From Myxococcales bacterium (GTDB taxonomy: Bacteria; Myxococcota; Myxococcia; Myxococcales; UBA5297), in assembly GCA_031262165.1 (NCBI GenBank), contig JAISIF010000213.1, positions 1 through 63,260 of the forward strand: a stretch of 63,260 bases of DNA, written 5' to 3'. Shown one piece after another: positions 1 to 7,472 of the stretch. Position 1 is the stretch's first letter. Every line of letters begins with the position of its first letter. The notes under the pieces are model-generated. The model searched no databases. It had not been told where the DNA came from and was given only the letters and a program-made list of their open reading frames with translations. The position numbers and the translations under genes are program-made.

Positions 1-289
1 CATGTGTCGCTGGTCATGCTTGCATTCGCCATGTTGGCGGCCATTCGTCGACGAATAAACGAATGGCCCGAAGCAAAGACGAATGAATCAAGAAAAGAAT
101 TGCATGGACCAAAACAAAGACCCCGAGTGCATTCGGTGGTCAATCCAAGAAATCCAACGAATCACTCGACGCCTTGCCCAACGCCAAATCGAACCTGCAT
201 CCATTATCGCCTGATCCTATTGGCGACGCGCTCACCAGGCCGCCGCGAGAGGGATCACTCGAAATCCAGATGACAACTGTAGTGCTAGG
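1..289 (+). pseudogene. 3' end of an IS701-family-like transposase gene (cut by the window edge, apparently degraded) plus the element terminus
   Basis: Frame 1 reads HVSLVMLAFAMLAAIRRR. Frame 2 then reads IRWSIQEIQRITRRLAQRQIEPASIIA-stop-SYWRRAHQAAAR. This is the C-terminal signature I associate with IS701-type DDE transposases, but it needs at least one frame change and has TGA where W is expected. The terminal 16-mer CAACTGTAGTGCTAGG (274-289) recurs at 62636-62651. Confidence 0.5.
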
Positions 290-344
290 AAAGCCTGTCT
301 CTCAGAGGGAGGTGACCCGGAGGCCGGAGGCAGTGGGCGTGTCA

Positions 345-560
345 AGCCAATCCAGAACTCGACCGCCCTGGCTCATTGCTCAGGGCAATCGAGTTCTGTT
401 TTTCGACCAGGAGCGAGGCGTGTCTTCGTAGGGGCGTTGCGTGCAACGCCCTGCGGTCGTCATTCGACACAAACACGACAGGCCTTGCACGCAACGCCCC
501 GAGACATCCCGATTCGAGATCAAAAAAATAGAACTCGACCGCCCTGGAATCCAAGCCCTC
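345..560. repeat. Composite of intergenic repeat modules (AGAACTCGAYYGCCCTG hairpin family plus GTAGGGGC/GCCCCTAC GC-palindromes)
   Basis: 353-398 is an inverted repeat: CAGAACTCGACCGCCCTG, a 10-nt loop, then CAGGGCAATCGAGTTCTG. 428-451 is the palindrome GTAGGGGCGTTGCGTGCAACGCCC. The module GCCCCGAGACATCCCGATTCGAGATCAAAAAAATAGAACTCGACCGCCCTGG at 496-547 recurs in reverse at 7137-7184 and in diverged form at 50312-50379 and 52090-52163. Confidence 0.8.
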
Positions 561-702
561 GGCGATTGACCGAAGGGCCGCACGCCCCTAAGGAGGCGCG
601 CTTTTTTTGTGCCATGCCGAGGTGCCTCTCGAATTCACCGGCGTGGCTCCGACATTTTTATCCAAACCCAAACGCCCTCTCTCCCCAAGGAGCACCTTTC
701 AG

Positions 703-2511
703 ATGAGCAAGATGATCGATGAGCTGAAGCGGACCCATTCGTGCGGCGAGCTGACCGCCGCCGACGTCGGCAAGCAGGTCGTCCTGTTCGGCTGGGTCCA
801 CAGCCGCCGCGACCATGGCAAGGCGGTCTTCATCGACCTGCGCGACCGCATGGGCATCACCCAGGTCGTGTTCGAGCCGCGCTTTGCCGAGGGGGCGCAC
901 ACGCTCGCCGGTGACCTGCGCCTCGAATATGTCATCGGCGTCCGCGGCACGGTCGAGTCGCGCGGCGGCAACGTGAACCCGAAGATGAAGACGGGCGAGA
1001 TCGAGGTCCACGTGACGGACCTGGAGATCTTCAACAAGTCCGAGCCGCTGCCGTTCCTCATCGAGGACGAGATCAACGCCGAGGAGACGACGCGCCTGGC
1101 CTACCGCTACCTCGACCTGCGGCGCCCAGCGATGCAGCGCCTGCTGATGACGCGCTCGAAGATCAACCAGCTCACCCGCGACTACTTCTCGCGCAACGGC
1201 TTCCTGGAGCTGGAGACGCCCTTCCTCGTGAAATACACGCCCGGCGGCGCCCGAAACTTCCTGGTCCCGTGCCGCGTCGCGCCCGGAAAGTTTTACGCGC
1301 TCGCAGAGAGCCCTCAGCTGTTCAAGCAGCTCTTCATGGTCGCGGGCTTCGATCGCTACTTCCAACTCGTCCGCTGCTTCCGCGACGAGGACCTGCGCCT
1401 CGATCGCCAGCCCGAGTTCACGCAGATCGACGTCGAAATGTCGTTCGTCACGCAGGACGACATATTCGCCGCGATGGAGGGGCTCGTGGCGTTGCTCTGG
1501 AAGGAGCTGCTCGGCGTGGACATCCCGCTGCCACTGCCGCGTATGGAGTTCGACGAGTCCATGCGTCGCTTTGGCAATGACAAACCCGACCTGCGCTTTG
1601 GGCTGGAACACATCGACTTCACCGACGTGGTGAAGTCGCACGCGGGCGGCGGCGTGCCCCTGTTCGAGGCCACTCTGGCCCAGGGAGGCATCTTCAAGGC
1701 GATTCGCGTCCCCAAGGAGTACGCGCTCTCGCGCAAGGACCTCGACGAGCTCGAAAAAGAGGCCAAGGGCATGGGCTCGATGGGCCTGGGCCGCGCCAAG
1801 ATTGGCGAGGCGGGCGCGTGGTCGCAGACGCCGTTCGCCAAGGCGATCTCGGACGACCTGCGATTGGCCATCAACGCGGCGTGCGGCGCACAGGAGGGCG
1901 ATCTCATCGTGTTCCAGATGGGTAGGCCTGCCATGGTCCATGCCGTCCTCGCCAACCTGCGCCTCACGCTCGGCAAGAAGTTCGGGCTGATCCCGCCCTA
2001 TGGATCGGGCGGCCAATGGCGGTTCCTGTGGGTCGTGAACCCGCCGCTCTTCGAGTTCGACGAGGAGTCCAAGACCTGGGTCGCCGCGCACCACGCCTTC
2101 ACGCGGCCGCACGACGCCGACCTGGCGTTTCTCGACAGCGATCCGGGCAAGGTGAAGTGCTACCGCTACGACCTCGTGCTCAACGGCTTCGAGATCGGCG
2201 GCGGCTCGATCCGGCTGCACGATCCCGAAGTGCAGAAGAAGGTCTTCCAGACGCTCGGCATCGACGAGGCCGAGGCGCGGCAGAAGTTCGGGTTCCTGCT
2301 CGACGCGCTTAGGTTCGGCGCGCCCCCGCACGGCGGCATCGCGCTGGGCATGGACCGCGTGGCCATGTTGCTCACCGGCGCCTCTAGCCTGCGCGACATC
2401 GTCGCCTTCCCCAAGACGCTGCGCGGGACGGATCTGATGACCGGTGCGCCGGGCGATGTGTCGGATCGCCAGCTCAAGGACCTGCACGTCCAGACGGTGA
2501 AGGGCGCTTAA
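703..2511 (+). CDS. aspS: Aspartate--tRNA ligase (class II)
   Basis: 602 aa from the ATG at 703, with AAGGAG 11 nt upstream. The ORF-track start at 607 adds an unlikely leader. Diagnostic stretches: HSRRDHGKAVFIDLRDRMG (OB anticodon domain), RCFRDEDLRLDRQPEFTQIDVEMSF (motif 2 region) and GGGSIRLHDPEVQ...PPHGGIALGMDRV (motif 3). Confidence 0.95.
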   Translation: MSKMIDELKRTHSCGELTAADVGKQVVLFGWVHSRRDHGKAVFIDLRDRMGITQVVFEPRFAEGAHTLAGDLRLEYVIGVRGTVESRGGNVNPKMKTGEIEVHVTDLEIFNKSEPLPFLIEDEINAEETTRLAYRYLDLRRPAMQRLLMTRSKINQLTRDYFSRNGFLELETPFLVKYTPGGARNFLVPCRVAPGKFYALAESPQLFKQLFMVAGFDRYFQLVRCFRDEDLRLDRQPEFTQIDVEMSFVTQDDIFAAMEGLVALLWKELLGVDIPLPLPRMEFDESMRRFGNDKPDLRFGLEHIDFTDVVKSHAGGGVPLFEATLAQGGIFKAIRVPKEYALSRKDLDELEKEAKGMGSMGLGRAKIGEAGAWSQTPFAKAISDDLRLAINAACGAQEGDLIVFQMGRPAMVHAVLANLRLTLGKKFGLIPPYGSGGQWRFLWVVNPPLFEFDEESKTWVAAHHAFTRPHDADLAFLDSDPGKVKCYRYDLVLNGFEIGGGSIRLHDPEVQKKVFQTLGIDEAEARQKFGFLLDALRFGAPPHGGIALGMDRVAMLLTGASSLRDIVAFPKTLRGTDLMTGAPGDVSDRQLKDLHVQTVKGA

Positions 2512-2670
2512 GGACTCATCCCTCAATCATCCCGTCGCGCCCCGCTTGTCCGTGAAACGCCAGTCTTCGTTGCTTCGCTCTTCACTTCCGTCTGGAAGCT
2601 CAAAGCCTCGCGCCTCGTCTGGCTTTCCCCGTCCTTCGCGATGCTCGGTCCTAATTGAGGGATGAGTCCT
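2511..2670 (+). repeat. MITE-like element, family A, copy 1 (full length, 160 bp)
   Basis: Perfect 17-bp terminal inverted repeats: AGGACTCATCCCTCAAT (2511-2527) and ATTGAGGGATGAGTCCT (2654-2670). The internal core CGTGAAACGCCAGTCTTCGTTGCTTCGCTCTTCACTTCC is shared with copies at 21424-21572, 26495-26655 and 29378-29479. Its first base is the last base of the aspS stop codon. Confidence 0.85.
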
Positions 2671-2788
2671 AATCCCCGCCATCTTCACTGCCGCAGGACC
2701 GCTGAACGACGCGTTTGCCGTAAGGGCGTTGTGTGCAACGCCCGACGCCCCCGACCGCCCCTCCCCCCGAAAAATCAGGTTCAAGCCA

Positions 2789-3988
2789 TCAGTCGAGCCT
2801 GCGCGCTCCAGACTCGGCGCGGAACTCGTTGGCGTGGGTCAGATGGCGCAGGATCGCCACCTCGATCACGTCGAGGATCTCGGAGCGTGAATCAGGCATG
2901 GCCAGCCGGGACCAACCCGCGAAGCCCTGCCGCTTGGCCTTGGCCGCGATGAACACGTCGAGCTCGGCGCGCGTGGAGAGGTTCTCGACGAGGTGGTTCA
3001 GCGGCACGACCACGAGGGGCGGCTTTGACTTGCCGAGCTTGAACAGGAGGTCGTCGAAGGTCGGGGCAAGGGGCGCGCGCGGCTCCAGCGCGTCGAGATA
3101 GACGACGCTGTGTTCGTTCTGTAGCTCGGCGCTCGCCAGCGCGGCCTTGGCCAGCGCGCGGGCCTGGGCAAGGGCTGGATCGCGATCGCCCTCGATGGGA
3201 AGGGCCTGCAGGGCAAAGGCGATGTGGGCCTTGCGGCGCTGTGACTCGGGGAGCGCGTCGATCGCGTCTTTCAATAGACCGCCAAAGGCAGGGGAGAGCG
3301 CCTCGACGTCCATCCAGTTCTCGATGAAGGTGACAGGCGGCGTGCCCGGCGCATCGGCACTGCGCAGGAGCTTCTCGCGGGCCGAGACGCCGATCTGCGA
3401 GGCAAAGGGCCGTGACCAGAGCGCGACGATCTGGGTGAAGTCCTGGCATCGGATCTCTTGGAGCGCCTGCTCGATGGTGGGCTCCTCGTATTGGAACGCG
3501 ACGAACGGGGTGAAGGCAGGCAGTCCCTGGCCCGCGTTGAGGCGCTCGCAGAGCAGTTCGGCCATCCGCGCCAAGCCATCGACCTCCGGCGCTCTGTTGC
3601 CCACGGCGTCGAGCGCGCGCCTGAGGTTCCGCGCTGCCGAGGGTCGGAAGAGGGCCGTGAACAGGCGGCGGCCCAATGCACCGAACGGTGAATCGAAGAC
3701 GCGGTGATCGGCGTAGGCGTGCCTGAGGAACCGCCTCACACCGCTGGCGCTCATGGGCGTCCCGATATCGATGAGGAGCAGCGCCGTCTTGTCGGCCATG
3801 TCCTGAGCGTGGGGCATCGCGGGCACCGGGCGCCGCAGCGTGTCGATGGGCTCGATGGCAGAAGGGGCCGAGGTGAACTGATCGAATTCGGCAGAGAGCG
3901 ACGGCACTTCCAGGAGATCGGACTCGAGCGCATCGCTCGGCGCGACAGCTTTCTCTGGGCGATCGCCGATCGTGTCGCTGTCAGTCAT
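2789..3988 (-). CDS. Ferrochelatase-fold (class II chelatase-like) protein with an N-terminal acidic extension
   Basis: 399 aa. LLLIDIGTPMSASGVRRFLRHAYADHRVF resembles the ferrochelatase N-terminal LLxNLGxPxxxxxVxxFLxxFxxDxxV motif. Later segments (IVALWSRPFASQ, VTFIENWMD, VVVPLNHLVENLSTRAELD) track the HemH fold. The expected FSAHxLP motif reads FALQALP. Confidence 0.55.
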   Translation of the reverse strand: MTDSDTIGDRPEKAVAPSDALESDLLEVPSLSAEFDQFTSAPSAIEPIDTLRRPVPAMPHAQDMADKTALLLIDIGTPMSASGVRRFLRHAYADHRVFDSPFGALGRRLFTALFRPSAARNLRRALDAVGNRAPEVDGLARMAELLCERLNAGQGLPAFTPFVAFQYEEPTIEQALQEIRCQDFTQIVALWSRPFASQIGVSAREKLLRSADAPGTPPVTFIENWMDVEALSPAFGGLLKDAIDALPESQRRKAHIAFALQALPIEGDRDPALAQARALAKAALASAELQNEHSVVYLDALEPRAPLAPTFDDLLFKLGKSKPPLVVVPLNHLVENLSTRAELDVFIAAKAKRQGFAGWSRLAMPDSRSEILDVIEVAILRHLTHANEFRAESGARRLD

Positions 3989-4220
3989 GGGCGGGGCACC
4001 TTTCTTTTGAGTGATGGAGGGGGCGCAAAGTCGATGAGTATGCCATCTGAATTAGCGCGGTCGCCGTCGGGCTTTTGGCCGAGCGAGAGGGGAGCGCGGT
4101 CGCGTCGGAACAGGGCGCGGCGCCTCGATTTTTCGCTCCCCAGCGCGGAGTGGACGCCTTAAAAGCCGCGCCTTTCCAAAGTCCCCGCCCTCTCCCCTTT
4201 GCGCTCATCAGGAGCTCCGC

Positions 4221-4592
4221 ATGCCTCGCAAACCACACGCTACGGAAGAAGAGTATTTCGCCCGGGAACAGGCGCTCAAACGCGACAAGCTCGCCAGGGA
4301 AGAGGCCGACCGCAAGGCCAAGGAAGAGAGGGAAGCGCTCAAAAAGCTGCACTGGATGCGCTGCCCCCAGTGCGGTCAGGAGCTCAAACCCTTGATCACG
4401 CCGCAGGGCTTCGAGGTGGATCACTGTGAGTCGTGCGCTGGCATGTGGTTCGACCAAAAGGCGCTGAAGCGGCTGAACAAGGCCGTCGAGGGCAGCAAGA
4501 ACCCGATCTCGTCGCTGCTCTCGCGCTTCCGATCGTCCGAGAAGAGGGAAGACGGCGCGGGAGTGGACAAGGGCAAGGCCGGGAAGAAGTGA
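4221..4592 (+). CDS. TFIIB-type zinc-ribbon protein (zf-TFIIB family)
   Basis: 123 aa. AGGAG lies 7 nt upstream of the ATG. Motif CPQCGQEL...EVDHCESCAGMWFDQKALKRL follows a charged coiled N-terminus. Confidence 0.8.
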   Translation: MPRKPHATEEEYFAREQALKRDKLAREEADRKAKEEREALKKLHWMRCPQCGQELKPLITPQGFEVDHCESCAGMWFDQKALKRLNKAVEGSKNPISSLLSRFRSSEKREDGAGVDKGKAGKK

Positions 4593-4641
4593 TCGTGATC
4601 GTCTGATCCCGCTGCGTCTCGCTTCACCTCGGATCGGCGCT

Positions 4642-5391
4642 TCAGCGCGCCACGCACGCGCAGCCCGTGCGTGGTTCGTTCGACAGCGCGATGCGGCGTT
4701 GGCTCATGTCCCACACGTCGAGCGCGATGAGCTCGTGCGCGAGCGCGCTGCCCACGAGGAACTTCATGGCAGCGGTGGCCTGGAGCGCCGCGACGACGAG
4801 GACGGCCGAGGCGAGCGTGCCCTTCGTCCGGATCGCTTGGGCCTCGTCGCGCGGTGCTGGCGGCTCGCCAAACAGGCAGCGCAGGCAGGGGCTGCCCAAG
4901 GGCCGTGGCACCACCAGGCCCGATGTGGCCGTCACGCCGCCAAAGATCCACGGGATGCGCGCGGCGCGGCAGGCCGCGTCGATGGCCAGGCGCGTTGCCG
5001 CGTTGTCCGTCGCGTCGAGGACGATGTCGCTGCCCGCGACGAGCGCTGGGAGCGTCTCTGGGTCGGCCCGCGTGTGGCGCGCGTCGATGCGGCACGCGCC
5101 GTTGATGCGCGTGAGTCTATCCGCGGCTGCCTCGACCTTGGGCCGCGCGCGCCGGGCGTCCTCCTCGTCGAACAGGATTTGGCGGTGCAGGTTCGACAGC
5201 TCGACCACGTCGCGATCGATGAGCCGGACAGCGCCCACGCCCGCGCGCACCAGGAGCTCTGCCTGGGCAGAGCCAAGGCCACCGCAGCCAACGAGCGTCA
5301 CGCGGGCCGCCTGGAGGCGCGCCTGACCTTCGGGTCCGATCTGAGCGAGGGCCAGGTGTCTCTCGTAGCGGCGTTGGTCGTCGGCGTTCAT
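4642..5391 (-). CDS. ThiF/MoeB/HesA-family E1-like adenylyltransferase
   Basis: 249 aa. RYERHLALAQIGPEGQARLQAARVTLVGCGGLGS (GxGxxG Rossmann motif), DRDVVELSNLHRQILF and CLRCLF zinc-motif cysteines. It lies 25 nt downstream of the sensor gene on the same strand. Confidence 0.85.
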   Translation of the reverse strand: MNADDQRRYERHLALAQIGPEGQARLQAARVTLVGCGGLGSAQAELLVRAGVGAVRLIDRDVVELSNLHRQILFDEEDARRARPKVEAAADRLTRINGACRIDARHTRADPETLPALVAGSDIVLDATDNAATRLAIDAACRAARIPWIFGGVTATSGLVVPRPLGSPCLRCLFGEPPAPRDEAQAIRTKGTLASAVLVVAALQATAAMKFLVGSALAHELIALDVWDMSQRRIALSNEPRTGCACVAR

Positions 5392-5416
5392 GGGATAGGG
5401 AGGGATTCGGTTGGGC

Positions 5417-7072
5417 TCAGTCTTCGGGCGATTTCTTGGGTTCGGCGCGCGGCGCGGTGGGCGCCGACGTGTCAGCGGCGCTGGCGCGCGTCAGATCGAA
5501 GATGCGGCTCCCGCCCACGTAGGGCTGCGTCTCGTAGGCGGAGATCTTCCCGATCTTGCGGACCAGCTCTGCCATGCGATCGCCCTCTTGGCGGATGCGG
5601 TCGAGAAAGAGTCGAGACTGATCGTCTGCCGCGAGCCGTCGACCAAGCAGGTCGGTGTAGCCGACGATGCAGGTCAGCGGCTGGTTGAGTTCGTGCGCGG
5701 CCGTCCCTGCGAGCTCGACGATGAGCGCCTTGCGCTCCGCCTCTGCGAGCTGCGCCTCGATCCTGGAGATCTCCGCTTCGAGCCGGGTCTTCTCGCGCAG
5801 ATCGCTGAAGACGATGACGATCGCGAGGAAGCCACTGTCCTGTTGGACGAACATTGAGGTGAGGAGCACGGGCACGCGTTCGCCGGATCGCGAGATGATC
5901 TCGACGCGCTTGGGGCGGCCAACGGGCTCGACGGATGCCGCGCCTGTGCCGAGCGCGGACAGGGCGCGCGCCTGGGTGACGACCTCGTCGTCGAAGAGCT
6001 GATCCAGGGAGCACTCGCGCAGATCGTCCGGCCGATCGAACACCCTGGCCGCGCTCTTGTTGAAGAGAAGGAGTTTGCCATCGAGGCCGACCGCGACGAT
6101 CGCATCGCCTGCCGCGTCGAAGAGCTTTTCCATCAGGTCGTGGGACTTCCGCAGGGAGCGTTGGTGCGCCCTGGCCTGCTCGGTCTCGTCGCGCAGGCGC
6201 TCGATGGTGCGGGCATTGCGTACGGCGATGGCCGTGGCGTGGGCCAGGGTCCAGGCAAAGCTGATGTCCGAGGCTTCGAACGGCCCTTCGCTCGCGCGGC
6301 GTAGCAGCAACACGCCAAAGGCCTTGCCCTGGAGTGCGAGCGGGATGACGGCGATGGCCGAGATGCCGCTGCCAGAGACCGAGTCCTTGACCGCGTCGAG
6401 GAGCGGGTGGCTGCCCACGTCGTCGATGACGACGGGCTGGCACGTCCTGACCGCCTCCTGGATCTCGGGATAGCGGGATAGCTCGATGCGCAGGTCGAGG
6501 AGTGATGGATTGTCGCTGGAGGCGACCACGCGGCCTTGGCCGCGCGTCTCGTCGAGCAGCACCAGGGCGCAGCGAGCAACACAGAGGTGGTCGGCCAGGC
6601 GGCGCGTGAGCTCTCCGAGCAGCGGTGCGATGTCGAGGGCAGCGGCATAACGCGCCGTCAGATCGAGCAGCGTGGAGAGCTCGGCCTCGCGGCGGCGCTC
6701 GGCGTGGAGGGCACTCGGTGAGGCGCGGAGCGCGTCGAATCGAAGAGCGAACTCACCATCGCTGGCGCCTTCGAAGACCACGTCGTCCGCGCCGACCTGG
6801 AGCGCGCGCCTGGCCTCGTCGGGATCGCACACGACCGCGAGCAGGCAGAGGCGTTCGCGAGACGCCTGAGCCGCGATCGACGACTCCAGATCGGTCGGCT
6901 GGAGCGCGGCCATGTCGAGCAGGGCGATCTGCGGCGGGCAGTCGGGGGTGGCCAGCTTCAGCCCGAGGCGCGTCAGGCGTGACGCGAAGCGCGGGGCGCT
7001 CTTGGCAGGGATGACGGCGACACACGGCGCCAACGCGGGAGTGGATGAGGGCTGGTTCAAAGCGGCGCGCAC
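5417..7072 (-). CDS. Sensor protein: receiver-like N-terminus, GAF, PAS and a HisKA (DHp) domain, but no HATPase_c domain
   Basis: The H-box ELAGTAAHELNQPLTCIVGYTDLL lies near the C-terminus, followed by only about 90 aa of helix plus a PA-rich tail. GAF-like region: LLGELTRRLADHLCVARCALVLLDE...VIPLALQGKAFGVLLL. PAS-like region: LFDAAGDAIVAVGLDGKLLLFNKSAARVF. The start is uncertain. The maximal ORF reaches 7303 (TTG) but would run through repeat elements at 7137-7380, so GTG 7072 is my guess. Confidence 0.7.
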   Translation of the reverse strand: MRAALNQPSSTPALAPCVAVIPAKSAPRFASRLTRLGLKLATPDCPPQIALLDMAALQPTDLESSIAAQASRERLCLLAVVCDPDEARRALQVGADDVVFEGASDGEFALRFDALRASPSALHAERRREAELSTLLDLTARYAAALDIAPLLGELTRRLADHLCVARCALVLLDETRGQGRVVASSDNPSLLDLRIELSRYPEIQEAVRTCQPVVIDDVGSHPLLDAVKDSVSGSGISAIAVIPLALQGKAFGVLLLRRASEGPFEASDISFAWTLAHATAIAVRNARTIERLRDETEQARAHQRSLRKSHDLMEKLFDAAGDAIVAVGLDGKLLLFNKSAARVFDRPDDLRECSLDQLFDDEVVTQARALSALGTGAASVEPVGRPKRVEIISRSGERVPVLLTSMFVQQDSGFLAIVIVFSDLREKTRLEAEISRIEAQLAEAERKALIVELAGTAAHELNQPLTCIVGYTDLLGRRLAADDQSRLFLDRIRQEGDRMAELVRKIGKISAYETQPYVGGSRIFDLTRASAADTSAPTAPRAEPKKSPED

Positions 7073-7136
7073 AGTAGTCGCGTCGAATCCATGTGCAAGA
7101 CGCTGGGCACGGGCGGTCAGGGCAGAGGGCAGCGCA

Positions 7137-7184
7137 TCGAGCTCTATTTTTTTTGATGTCGAATCGGGATGTGTCGGGGGCGCC
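7137..7184 (-). repeat. Reverse copy of the GAGACATCCCGATTCGAGATCAAAAAAATAGAACTCGA module
   Basis: The reverse complement reads GGCGCCCCCGACACATCCCGATTCGACATCAAAAAAAATAGAGCTCGA. Compare with 496-538. Confidence 0.75.
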
Positions 7185-7221
7185 TGCCCATCGTTCCTTT
7201 GTCGAACTGCGCGTAGCGCGT

Positions 7222-7380
7222 GGGCTGGACTGAAGCGAAGCGGGAACCCAGCATCGGGCGTTCGAGAGACCTCTCCGTGGCGACTCGTCGAAAGGGCGCG
7301 CAACGATGGGTTTCATGAATGACGAGAAGGTTTTTTCAGCGCCTGTTCGTGCTGGGTTTTCGCTTCGCTTCGACCCAGCC
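7222..7380 (-). repeat. MITE-like element, family C, copy 1 (about 159 bp, ~31-bp imperfect terminal inverted repeats)
   Basis: Arms are GGGCTGGACTGAAGCGAAGCGGGAACCCAGCA (7222-7253) and TGCTGGGTTTTCGCTTCGCTTCGACCCAGCC (7350-7380). The interior (CGAACAGGCGCTGAAAAAA..TCATTCATGAAA in reverse) matches the copy at 51913-52063. Confidence 0.75.
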
Positions 7381-7472
7381 TGCGTCTGCCCCTGAAATTC
7401 GCGGCGAGGACCTTTGTGGACATGGCGAAAGGTCGATGTGTAGGGGCGCCGCCTCTTTTGATGGAGGCAGAC

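Noticed and set aside
658-2526. 622-aa ORF antisense to aspS
   Set aside because: This is a typical high-GC shadow ORF. It is R/A/G/E/L-rich with no motifs, and it fully overlaps a gene carrying unmistakable AspRS signatures on the other strand.
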